From contig JAUPWI010000033.1 of assembly GCA_030916545.1 (NCBI GenBank), positions 1 through 32,352 of the forward strand: a stretch of DNA of 32,352 nucleotides. Direction: 5' to 3'. Shown piece by piece: positions 18,748 to 27,600 of this stretch (its first letter is position 1; the number at the start of each line of letters is the position of its first letter). Source of the DNA: Patescibacteria group bacterium. Its GTDB lineage: Bacteria; Patescibacteriota; Minisyncoccia; Moranbacterales; UBA1568. The notes beneath the pieces are model-generated. The model was not told the origin of the DNA. It saw only the letters and a list, made by a program, of their open reading frames with translations, and searched no databases. A program made the position numbers and the translations under genes.

Positions 18748-19980
18748 ATGCCAATCGAACTTCCGAATGAATTCTATCCCTTGCTGGCGGATTATGATCC
18801 GTCGGACCTTCAATCATATCGATCGGTATGGATGGCCTTTCGGGAACTTCCGGAGTTTTCTCGGAATCTTCTCACATCGGATGAGCTGCCGCTTGCCCTC
18901 AGGGATCTCTCCATAAAGTTCGACTTCGCTCAGTCGACGACGATGTTCGTTTCGGTGATGGTCAGGAAAATGATTTTTCGGGAGTGGGATGAAGAGCGGT
19001 CTCGGGCGGAATTGGTCGCCTGGTGCCAGGAGTTCGATCCGAAGAACGCCGCTCGCTCCACGGAAATATTTTCGGCAGTAAAGAGTGATATCCTGACGAT
19101 CATTCCGCGGGAAGAAGGGAAACCGGCGGAAGCGGAAAAACGCGTGACGGTGCAGATGACCCTTTTGGAAGCGCTCTCCCGGTATCCGCAGCTCGGACAA
19201 CAGACGATCACTGAAACACGCATCAAGCTGAAGACCAGTGTCGATCTGGTGCGTGGGTCATTGATAAACTGGCTGAAATGCTATCGCGAGGAGCTCGGTG
19301 TCGGGTATCATGACGCGATGCTGCGAGGGCAATTCCTTTTCCGCTCGCAGAACGGGATCAGGTTGACGGATGAGGAGCACGGACGAATCGGACTCATCCT
19401 TCGTTCCATCGAAGATCGGGAAGCGGTCGAAATCGATACGGAACACCAGACACTTCTCTTTCCTCCGTATTCCGGCCCTCAGAGTCCTCAGTCTGAACGG
19501 AAAGAAACTCCGGTATCGGAAGCTTCTGTGTCGGGAGTATTTCCTGTGGCGAAGGTCGCGGCGATGGAGGCTGGATCAGCACCATCTTCTGAGATTTCGC
19601 GGGCGGAAGTACGGAATCAGACCCTTGGTGAAACCGGATCCATGCATGTGTTGAGCGGTACCCGGTTTTCTCCGTCGAATCAGACCCTCGGAACGCTGCA
19701 TTTCTCCTCGAAACATGTACTTCCCGTGGAAAAGGAAATACGACCCGGGAGTGAGCCGTCGGGGAATGCCCTGAGCGCAGGGAATTTGTCATCGTCAGGA
19801 GGACCGGAGACTCCGAGTCAGGCTGTTCCTTCCGGTGCCGGACTGCCTGTTTTGGATCCTGCAATTCCGGATAGGGTCATCCGTCCGACGCCAGCGCCGA
19901 AGCGGGATGTGAACCTGAATTATATTCCGAAACCTTTCCGTATCGATCCGACCAAACGCGAACTGCCGGAGAAAGAATGA
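18748..19980 (+). CDS. Hypothetical protein (helical N-terminus, Pro/Ser-rich disordered C-terminus)
   Basis: 410-aa ORF starting 15 nt after the VirB6-like gene, with no TM segment. Confidence 0.75.
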   Translation: MPIELPNEFYPLLADYDPSDLQSYRSVWMAFRELPEFSRNLLTSDELPLALRDLSIKFDFAQSTTMFVSVMVRKMIFREWDEERSRAELVAWCQEFDPKNAARSTEIFSAVKSDILTIIPREEGKPAEAEKRVTVQMTLLEALSRYPQLGQQTITETRIKLKTSVDLVRGSLINWLKCYREELGVGYHDAMLRGQFLFRSQNGIRLTDEEHGRIGLILRSIEDREAVEIDTEHQTLLFPPYSGPQSPQSERKETPVSEASVSGVFPVAKVAAMEAGSAPSSEISRAEVRNQTLGETGSMHVLSGTRFSPSNQTLGTLHFSSKHVLPVEKEIRPGSEPSGNALSAGNLSSSGGPETPSQAVPSGAGLPVLDPAIPDRVIRPTPAPKRDVNLNYIPKPFRIDPTKRELPEKE

Positions 19981-19993
19981 TAAGCTCATTCCG

Positions 19994-20002
19994 TGGTATA
20001 CT
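19994..20002 (+). promoter_or_regulatory. Extended -10 promoter upstream of prgI
   Basis: TGG-TATACT, 14 nt before the ATG at 20017. Confidence 0.5.
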
Positions 20003-20016
20003 TTTCTTGAGTCCGT

Positions 20017-20436
20017 ATGATGCAATCATCAGTCCCGCAATACATCGATGTCGAAGACAAGATCGTCGGACCATTCACTTGGAAGCATATCGGTTGGCTT
20101 TTGGGGATGTGCGCGGTGCTTTTGGTCATGTATACGGCTTTCGATTTCCAGCTTTTTCTGATCGCTGGCGGGCCGACGGCGCTGACTTTTCTCGCTTTCG
20201 CGTTTTACCGGCCGTCCGGTATGCCGATGGTGAAATTCGTCTTCCACGGCCTTTTCTTTCTCTTCCGTCCAAAAGTGTCCGTATGGGAACGGCCCGTGCA
20301 TGTATCGAATACGCCGACGGCGGTGATGAAGCGTCCTGGATCAGCCGTGGTCGAATCAGCCAGCGGGTCGCGCGAGATTACCGAGGAAAAACTCAGGGCC
20401 CTCGCCGCCGTTCTTGATCGCCGGGGGAGCAGATGA
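20017..20436 (+). CDS. PrgI family protein (VirB3-like)
   Basis: VPQYIDVEDKIVGPFTWK signature, two TM helices, FLFRPK..VW. Confidence 0.88.
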   Translation: MMQSSVPQYIDVEDKIVGPFTWKHIGWLLGMCAVLLVMYTAFDFQLFLIAGGPTALTFLAFAFYRPSGMPMVKFVFHGLFFLFRPKVSVWERPVHVSNTPTAVMKRPGSAVVESASGSREITEEKLRALAAVLDRRGSR

Positions 20437-20491
20437 TCATCGGAAGAAGGTCTTTGGGCGAGGGGAATTAATATCGGAAAGTAGGAATGAC

Positions 20492-21181
20492 ATGGAATTT
20501 TTGAATCCGAAAAATCAGAATCCCGGAACGGTATCGAAGAGCAGTACGCAGCAGTACGTCGATGTAGAGGAGATCCGTGATGGAGTGGTCGTGCTGAAGA
20601 ACGGTTCGTTGCGTGCGATACTCCTGGTTTCTTCCTTGAATTTCGACCTGAAATCATCGGATGAGCAGGAGGGAATCATCCTGCAGTATCAGAACTTTCT
20701 CAACTCGCTTGATTTTCCCGTGCAGATAGTCGTGAGCTCTCGTCGGTTGAACATCGAACCGTATTTGGCGCTCTTGTCCGCGCGTGAAAAAGAGCAGGAA
20801 AACGATCTGCTGAGGTCTCAGATTTCGGAATACCGCGGATACGTGAAGGAATTGACCGAGGTGTCCAATATCATGTCGAAGTATTTCTACGTGATCGTGC
20901 CGTTTTCGGCCGTCGAGGATGAGCGAGGTGATCTGAAAGAGAAGTTGTTCGGATTGTTCAAATCGAAAGAGGCGGTCGAGACCCGTCCCGAACTTTTCCA
21001 GACCTATCGGAGCCAGCTTTTGCAACGCGTCGGACATGTGACGGCGGCGTTGTCGGGGACCGGAGTCCATGTCACAATGCTCCAGACGGAAGAGGTGATA
21101 GAATTGCTGTACAACAGCTACAATCCGTCCGTTTTCAGCTCGGCTATCCTGAGAAACATCGACCAGGTGGAGTTGAAATAG
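20492..21181 (+). CDS. VirB4 N-terminal-domain-like protein
   Basis: STQQYVDVEEIRDGVVVLK..LRAIL..SSLNFDLKS..EQ..I..YQNFLNSLDFPVQI and YNSYNP; lies between prgI and the ATPase. ATG 20492 follows AGGA. Confidence 0.7.
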   Translation: MEFLNPKNQNPGTVSKSSTQQYVDVEEIRDGVVVLKNGSLRAILLVSSLNFDLKSSDEQEGIILQYQNFLNSLDFPVQIVVSSRRLNIEPYLALLSAREKEQENDLLRSQISEYRGYVKELTEVSNIMSKYFYVIVPFSAVEDERGDLKEKLFGLFKSKEAVETRPELFQTYRSQLLQRVGHVTAALSGTGVHVTMLQTEEVIELLYNSYNPSVFSSAILRNIDQVELK

Positions 21182-21206
21182 GAGCGGATGCGATCAAGAT
21201 AACAGG

Positions 21207-23075
21207 ATGATGGTAAAGGCGATGAATCTGTTTAATCGGGGACAACAGGAAACAGCTCAGGGCTCCTCGGCGGCCGATTTTTCCTTGGCTTCTATGACGG
21301 CGCGCGATACGGAAGCGCTTTATCAGAAAGGAATCGCCACGGTTCGCGACCTTATTGCGCCGCCCGCTGTGCGCCTGAGCCCCAACATGATGCAGGTTGG
21401 CGACGTGTTCGTCCGGACCTATTTCGTCATCGCTTACCCGCGTTATCTTTCGACGAATTGGTTTTCTCCGATCATCAATCTCGACTTCTCCATGGATACG
21501 GCACTCTTCGTGCACCCGATCGATACGGCGAATATCCTGAAGCAGCTACGGAAGTCGTCCACGCAGGTGCAGTCACAGATATCCATCGAAGCCGAAGGAG
21601 GGAAAGTACGCGACCCGATGCTGGAGACGGCTTTCCAGGATATCGAGGCGCTTCGTGACAAGCTGCAACAGGGAACGGAGAAGTTTTTTCGGTTCGGACT
21701 CTATATCACCGTATACGGGAAAGACCAGGACGATCTGAGTGAGAAATCAAGCGCGGTGGAGTCGCTGCTCGAGGCGCAGCTGGTGTATGTTAAACCGGCC
21801 ATCCTACGTATGGATCAGGGCTTCGCCTCCACCCGTCCCCTCGGGACCGATACGCTGGACGTCGCGAACAATCTCAATACCGAGCCGCTTTCGACGACTT
21901 TCCCCTTTGTTTCATCGGATCTTTCGTCGGGTGACGGCATACTGTACGGCATCAACCGACATAACCATTCGCTGATCCTTTTCGATCGTTTCAAACTGGA
22001 GAACGCGAACATGGTCGTCTTCGCGAAGTCCGGAGCCGGAAAAAGCTATACGGTCAAACTCGAGGTGCTGCGTTCCATGATGTTCGGGGCGAGTATCATC
22101 ATCCTCGATCCGGAGAATGAGTACAAGCACCTGTGTGAAACGGTCGGAGGCAGCTTCATGAAGATCGCTCTCAATTCGACGGTCCATCTCAATCCGTTCG
22201 ATCTTCCTCGGAAAAATGATGAGGATGACGCGGAGAGCGTGCTTCGGAGCAATATCGCGAACCTGGTCGGTCTGCTTCACCTCATGCTCGGGATGGTCAC
22301 TCCGGAAGAGGACTCCATTCTTGATCGGGCCATCCGTGAGACGTATGCCATCCGCGATATCACCGCGCAGACCGATTTTTCAAAGCTGACCTCCTCATCG
22401 TATCCGACCATGTCCGATCTGTACGCCGTTCTCCAGAATATGGACGGGGCGGATTCGTTGGCGATACGGCTGGAGCGATACACGGAAGGTATATTCGGGG
22501 GATTCCTGAACAAACAATCGAATGTCGTGTTGAACAGTCAGTTGGTCGTCTTCAATATCCGCGACCTGGAAGAGGAACTCCGTCCAATCGCCATGTATAT
22601 CATCCTTCAGTTCATTTGGAATGAGATTCGGACGGAGATGAAGAAACGGGTGGTCGTGGTGGACGAAGCATGGGTGATGATGCAGCATGAGGATGCGGCG
22701 GCGTTTTTGTTCGGAATCGCGAAGCGGTGTCGGAAGTATTATACGGGTTTGACGACCATCACTCAGGATATCAGCGACTTCATGAACTCGCGTCATGGCA
22801 AGTCGATCGTGACGAATTCCTCGTTGCAGTTGTTGCTTCGCCAATCACCTGCCTCGATTGAGACCGTGGCGGAGACATTCTACCTCACCGATCATGAGAA
22901 GTTCCTTCTGCTTGAATCATCGGTCGGGGAAGGGATATTTTTCGCCGGGACGAAGCATGCGGCCATCAAGGTCGTCGCGTCGTTCAGCGAAGATCAGATC
23001 ATCACGTCCGACCCGCGCCAGCTCCTGGAAATAGAACAGGCGAAGAAGGATTTCGACGCGGGAGCCATGGAATAA
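21207..23075 (+). CDS. VirB4-like type IV secretion ATPase (TraC/DUF87)
   Basis: Walker A AKSGAGKS, ILDPENEY, LNPFD, Walker B VVVVDEAW, KRCRKY...ITQD. Confidence 0.92.
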   Translation: MMVKAMNLFNRGQQETAQGSSAADFSLASMTARDTEALYQKGIATVRDLIAPPAVRLSPNMMQVGDVFVRTYFVIAYPRYLSTNWFSPIINLDFSMDTALFVHPIDTANILKQLRKSSTQVQSQISIEAEGGKVRDPMLETAFQDIEALRDKLQQGTEKFFRFGLYITVYGKDQDDLSEKSSAVESLLEAQLVYVKPAILRMDQGFASTRPLGTDTLDVANNLNTEPLSTTFPFVSSDLSSGDGILYGINRHNHSLILFDRFKLENANMVVFAKSGAGKSYTVKLEVLRSMMFGASIIILDPENEYKHLCETVGGSFMKIALNSTVHLNPFDLPRKNDEDDAESVLRSNIANLVGLLHLMLGMVTPEEDSILDRAIRETYAIRDITAQTDFSKLTSSSYPTMSDLYAVLQNMDGADSLAIRLERYTEGIFGGFLNKQSNVVLNSQLVVFNIRDLEEELRPIAMYIILQFIWNEIRTEMKKRVVVVDEAWVMMQHEDAAAFLFGIAKRCRKYYTGLTTITQDISDFMNSRHGKSIVTNSSLQLLLRQSPASIETVAETFYLTDHEKFLLLESSVGEGIFFAGTKHAAIKVVASFSEDQIITSDPRQLLEIEQAKKDFDAGAME

Positions 23076-23215
23076 TGGAGGAGTGCCGTGCCCGACTTGC
23101 GGTAAGCAAGCAGGTAGTTGCCCTCGTCATCTCGGTCATATCGGGAACGTGGTTGGGCAGGGTCGACGGACGTTTCCGGGGAACAAGGTTCGACATCGAT
23201 AATGGAGTTCCGAAT

Positions 23216-23872
23216 ATGAAGAAAAGTATGTTCGCAGAGCGGGAGAAGATGGTCATGACCACCCTGTTCGTCTTCATGTCTCTCGGTCTTTTGTATGGCC
23301 TTCCCGAGAGCCAGTCGCTTGATTCGGTCACGCAGGAGATTATTGCGAGCATCATTTTTCTCTTGGTACTCCCGGTGATTTATTGTAAAATGATATTGAA
23401 AGAACCTCTTTCTTCTCTCGGAATCCGTGAAGCCCGCTGGTTGCCGGCTTTCTTCTGGGGAGGAGCGATGGTATCAGTGGGTGGCATCCTCCTGTTCTTT
23501 CTGTTGCCGGTAGAGGGTTTCCGGTCGGCATACGAACTTCCTTCTTTTCTCGAGAAGAGCTTCCTCTGGTTCGTCGTATACGAAGTCGTAGCCGTGGGTG
23601 GAATAGCCTTGTTGTACGAATTGTTCTTTCGAGGGTTGGTTATGAAACTCTGGCTCGGTTCGCTCGGCCCTATTGCCATCGTGCTGCAGTCGGCAATTTT
23701 TATCGGTTTTATCGGAATTTCAAGCGGTTTTTCCTGGCAATACGCGGTTCTCTGTTATTCAAGTCTGTTTTCAGGGGCGGTCGCCTATTTTTCCCGATCG
23801 ATATACGCGTCATGGTTGGCGAACTGGACTCTCTTTTTCTTGGTAGACCTCGTCTTTCTCGTTCTGCATTAG
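23216..23872 (+). CDS. CPBP (CAAX protease/Abi)-like membrane protein, catalytic motifs degenerate
   Basis: LSSLGI, YELFFRG and YFSRSIYAS motif positions match the CPBP layout. ATG 23216 is preceded by GGAG. Confidence 0.7.
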   Translation: MKKSMFAEREKMVMTTLFVFMSLGLLYGLPESQSLDSVTQEIIASIIFLLVLPVIYCKMILKEPLSSLGIREARWLPAFFWGGAMVSVGGILLFFLLPVEGFRSAYELPSFLEKSFLWFVVYEVVAVGGIALLYELFFRGLVMKLWLGSLGPIAIVLQSAIFIGFIGISSGFSWQYAVLCYSSLFSGAVAYFSRSIYASWLANWTLFFLVDLVFLVLH

Positions 23873-23888
23873 CTGTGAAAAATCAAAT

Positions 23889-26651
23889 ATGAGGGAAGTA
23901 CCATTGGTAGGAATCTCGCGGCGATATATTGCCGTTATCGGTCTGATCGGCATGCTTCTTGCGCCTTTTTCGTCAGCGCAGGCCGCCAGCGTCCCTTCGG
24001 TCGGCAAGGTGGCCAGCAAACTTGAGAAGCGTTACAACATCAATGGAGACAGCGTCCGGGATGTGATGCAGGGTTTCAACGTCAACAGTAGTAAGAAAAC
24101 GACCCCGGAGGTTTCGGTTTTCTTTTCGCCTTCTGATCCGAAGAGCGGAGAAAAGATAACCGCGCGCGCCATGCCGATCTATTTCAGTAACCCATCCGAG
24201 TCGTTGTATTATACCTGGTATCTGAAACGGAAGGATTGCAACGCGGCCCGCTGCGATTATAACGGTGACGGTGCCTACAATTCGAAGGATTGGCGGATCG
24301 AGGCCGCGAGCATACTGGTCCAGAACGGATACGATAGTGTCGATCCGGGGACGAGCTATATCGTGGATGATGACAATGACGGATATAAGGCTCGTTTCGG
24401 TGGGGATAACAAGGAGGGAAAAGCTGACTACTGTGCCGTGTATGATCCGAGGTCGGGCGATGTGTATGAACTCGTCGATTCGGGCTCGTCGGTTTCTTTC
24501 TCTTGTCCGGCCGGCCTTTCCGCGACTTGCCTGGAAGGAGAGACTCAGATCAATCCTGAGACGAGTGTAGTCACGTTCGGCGGCGGCGGTCTGGATATTT
24601 TTGGAGATCCGGCACCTAATTCGGGAGGAGGGACGATTACTCCTTTTTCCGAAACACCACCGGATTGTAACGTGGGAGGGTGTTCATCGGTCGGCGCCCC
24701 TGTCTGTAGCGGCGGATCCGTACCGACTTGCACTTCCGGTACTCCCTGCTGCGTGGCTGACCCGGTTACCGCTACGGTTTGCGCGGCGCCTCTGAATCTG
24801 TGCAGCGCCACTACGAGCGGCTCTATCAAGGATCTCTGCACGCATGTATTCGCTCAACCGAGAGGCGGTCTGGTATCCGGAGACGGGGCATTCGGCGCGG
24901 GCGAAGAAAGTTTCTGGAAAACGAATCCTCGCGACCCGAGTACGGCAAATAACGGACAAAAAGACGAGGCTACGGTCGTTGGTCTCGGCATGGATGAATT
25001 CTCTTGGACGTATTTCAGCGGTGATGAGGTGGGTGTCGCCGTCGAGGGGACATCCATGATTCCGACCAAACACGATGATTCTTCGTCGTATGTCATGTGG
25101 GCGTTCCCAAAAAATAAGTGTCACCCTTCATTGGTAGGAGGATCGACTGACCAGTATGTACAAACGATCAAGGGTTACCAGGTGACGTTTCCAACCGCGA
25201 ATATGGATCCGAATGACTGTATCTCGCATAACCTGGTCAATCCTGCCGAAGGAGGGCAGTCATCGAACCTGTCCATACAGCTGAGCGTCAGTCCAGGAAG
25301 TTTGACGAACGATGAGACATCCGACAAGAGCGGGGATATCGTGACCGTGCAGGCGGCGATCGACAATGCCTCGCGGGAGAATGGCAGTCTGCATTATGAC
25401 TGGATCATCGACATCAGCGATAATCCGCGTTTCACGATTCCGAGAAATATCACGGCCGCAGCGATCAATTCGGAACTCACGACGCGCACGAAGGGGAACG
25501 ATCTTGGTACGCTGCACTTCAAGATGAATATACCGGCCGCTTTGCTCGGACCCATGTCGGGAGGAACGGGGTATATCCGTTTTCGCCTGCGGGCCGAGGA
25601 GAGCATCGAAGGCGGGGGGATCAGGAAGGGGAATTCCGAGGTGATCGCGAGATTCGTTTCGACCGGAAAACGTATACAGGCGTACCTGGTGGATCCGGTC
25701 GTCGTTGGACCGAGGACGCACGTGAAGCTGGGCGCGAACATGATCTGTAACGGCTCTCCGCTTGAACGAACTGCGTGTCAGGTGATCAAGAACGAGGTCA
25801 TCGGCCTCAAGATCGACGGCGCCGGCCTTCGGGATTTCTCATGGCAGATCAATCAGAAGCCGCTTATATGCAATCGGGTCGGTGTGTCGCCTGATTGTTC
25901 CGACACGGAACAGGGGAACATCGTATTTTTTCCGGTCACCGGGAAGACCGGCGACAGCTATGAGGTGACCGTGACGGCCGTCAATACGGCGACCGACCAG
26001 GCGGTGACGATGTCACGATTGTTTTACGTCATCGATCCCTACGCGCAGATCGTCTCTTCGGATACTGATGTCGCCTGGAAGAAGCTCCTGGGATTCTATC
26101 GTGACGTCCTTGGTACAGCGGCCGTAAATTGTCCAGCGGGCCTCTGCCCGAATTATTCGGAGGAAGCCCTGCAGACATTCGCCGGTTCGGTAGTCGTGCT
26201 GAAAGCGGAATATCTGCCGAGATTCATCGCGTCTCATCCTGGGTTGCATACCGAGTGGCGAGTGGACGGGGAGGTGGTCGAGCAATCCGCGACGGATACG
26301 ATTTCATTTCCGATCAGGAAATACGGGGGAGCTTCCTATGATATTTCCTTTCAGGCAATCATCCTGCAGACTGATCTGATGCGTCGGGCACTGTACGATG
26401 TGTGGGATATCTCTCCTCTCGATTCCACGGAGTCGAATTTCACCGGGAAGATGCAGGTCGAGGTTCAGGATGCGACCATGGCTGCCGGAGACCAGAAAGG
26501 GATAAAGAAGTATTATGCTCTCATTTCAAGTTATGTCCCGGAAACGTTCCTGTTCACGTTCCGGGTGCTTCTCCTCGGGTTTCTTGCTTTGTTCGTGACC
26601 TCCTTTTTTGGATCGCTGGTTTCCACTCCTCGTTTTTCGAGAAGAAGATAA
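23889..26651 (+). CDS. Large Cys-rich exported/surface protein with C-terminal membrane anchor
   Basis: Signal-peptide-like N-terminus (...SSAQA/A), 22 Cys, Dx[DN]xDG-type loops, beta-rich segments, C-terminal TM helix and RFSRRR tail. Confidence 0.8.
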   Translation: MREVPLVGISRRYIAVIGLIGMLLAPFSSAQAASVPSVGKVASKLEKRYNINGDSVRDVMQGFNVNSSKKTTPEVSVFFSPSDPKSGEKITARAMPIYFSNPSESLYYTWYLKRKDCNAARCDYNGDGAYNSKDWRIEAASILVQNGYDSVDPGTSYIVDDDNDGYKARFGGDNKEGKADYCAVYDPRSGDVYELVDSGSSVSFSCPAGLSATCLEGETQINPETSVVTFGGGGLDIFGDPAPNSGGGTITPFSETPPDCNVGGCSSVGAPVCSGGSVPTCTSGTPCCVADPVTATVCAAPLNLCSATTSGSIKDLCTHVFAQPRGGLVSGDGAFGAGEESFWKTNPRDPSTANNGQKDEATVVGLGMDEFSWTYFSGDEVGVAVEGTSMIPTKHDDSSSYVMWAFPKNKCHPSLVGGSTDQYVQTIKGYQVTFPTANMDPNDCISHNLVNPAEGGQSSNLSIQLSVSPGSLTNDETSDKSGDIVTVQAAIDNASRENGSLHYDWIIDISDNPRFTIPRNITAAAINSELTTRTKGNDLGTLHFKMNIPAALLGPMSGGTGYIRFRLRAEESIEGGGIRKGNSEVIARFVSTGKRIQAYLVDPVVVGPRTHVKLGANMICNGSPLERTACQVIKNEVIGLKIDGAGLRDFSWQINQKPLICNRVGVSPDCSDTEQGNIVFFPVTGKTGDSYEVTVTAVNTATDQAVTMSRLFYVIDPYAQIVSSDTDVAWKKLLGFYRDVLGTAAVNCPAGLCPNYSEEALQTFAGSVVVLKAEYLPRFIASHPGLHTEWRVDGEVVEQSATDTISFPIRKYGGASYDISFQAIILQTDLMRRALYDVWDISPLDSTESNFTGKMQVEVQDATMAAGDQKGIKKYYALISSYVPETFLFTFRVLLLGFLALFVTSFFGSLVSTPRFSRRR

Positions 26652-26683
26652 GTCAAGAGTGAAAGAGGAATGGAAACTCATGT

Positions 26684-27232
26684 ATGAATGATGAAGAATT
26701 CGGTCTTAGTCAGTTGTATCAGGCCCGCGCTCTCGACCTGCAGGCTGATCATCAGCGGCAGCGGGAAGTGGAGGGGGTGATAGGGAGGGTCCGGGAGATC
26801 TTCCGTAACCGAGGTGAGGATTTCGACGAGGGCGACGAGCGGTTGCTGTCATCGGAACCGGCCAAGGAACCAGGTTTTCCCGTTATCATCTTTACGTTCG
26901 CGGTGATCAAAGACTGTTTGGACCTTCCTTTGGAACTTTCGGTCATCGGGATACTCCTCACCACCCTCCTGTCAGTGCTCCTGTCGGTGATTCTGTTTCT
27001 GTGGGTCTTGGGGAAATTGAGCGGCGGCTGGTGGAAGAAAAAAATAATCCGCTGGTTGTGGGTGAGGTATTTGGCGGTGGTCGTCATAGAGCTTTTCCCT
27101 CTTTTCAAGATAGTGCCAGCTACCACCATCTTTATCCTGATGGCTCATTATCGAGAGAAGAAACTCGTGAAATTGTTCGATCTCGCACTCGAAGAATTCA
27201 AGCGTGCTGGCGTCCTGAAGTACATCAGGTGA
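26684..27232 (+). CDS. Hypothetical membrane protein
   Basis: Acidic N-terminus, about 3 hydrophobic segments, IKDCLD and IELFP..IVP..T motifs; last co-oriented gene of the cluster. Confidence 0.75.
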   Translation: MNDEEFGLSQLYQARALDLQADHQRQREVEGVIGRVREIFRNRGEDFDEGDERLLSSEPAKEPGFPVIIFTFAVIKDCLDLPLELSVIGILLTTLLSVLLSVILFLWVLGKLSGGWWKKKIIRWLWVRYLAVVVIELFPLFKIVPATTIFILMAHYREKKLVKLFDLALEEFKRAGVLKYIR

Positions 27233-27321
27233 TCCTCGGCATCCGGATGCCATGATGTTCTTCGGATACTTGTTTCACCGGGGAGGAAATACCGATGGGA
27301 ATATGATACGCGTATGCGGGT

Positions 27322-27363
27322 AAAGAAAACACATAAGCCACCAGCTGTATGATTGGTGGCCTT
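27322..27363 (-). terminator. Terminator downstream of tRNA-Leu
   Basis: GCCACCA/TGGTGGC stem (27337-27360) followed on the minus strand by TTATGTGTTTTCTTT. Confidence 0.6.
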
Positions 27364-27371
27364 GTGTCTAT

Positions 27372-27457
27372 TGGTGCCGAGGAGAGGACTTGAACCTCCA
27401 TGGGATCGCTCCCGCTAGCGCCTAAAGCTAGTGTGTCTACCATTTCACCACCTCGGC
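27372..27457 (-). tRNA. tRNA-Leu (anticodon TAG), CCA encoded
   Basis: GCCGAGG/CCTCGGC acceptor stem, D loop with GG, CTAGC-TTTAGGC-GCTAG anticodon arm, long variable arm, GGTTCAAGTCC T arm, ACCA end. Confidence 0.97.
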
Positions 27458-27520
27458 GGTTTATTGATTGTCGTCTTGAGTCTTCTGCCTGAATGGGCGA
27501 GGGGAGATGTGACTTCGGGT

Positions 27521-27600
27521 GAGAGACGTCGCCTCCTCTTTTTTCTTTGCGATGTGCTCGGAAGCACCAGCATCAGAAAAAAGAGGAGGCGACGTCTCTC
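27521..27600. repeat. Perfect 26-bp inverted repeat forming an 80-nt hairpin
   Basis: GAGAGACGTCGCCTCCTCTTTTTTCT (27521-27546) is the exact reverse complement of 27575-27600. Confidence 0.95.

Noticed and set aside
27233-27241. TCCTCGGCA matching the tRNA-Leu 3' end as a possible att site
   Set aside because: Only 9 bp and inverted relative to the tRNA; att sites are direct repeats.
13978-27457. Integrative conjugative element bounded by a tyrosine recombinase and tRNA-Leu
   Set aside because: I found no direct repeat of the tRNA 3' end near the recombinase, and no relaxase, coupling protein or excisionase. The recombinase is Xer-sized and 12 kb from the tRNA, and no compositional break is obvious by eye.
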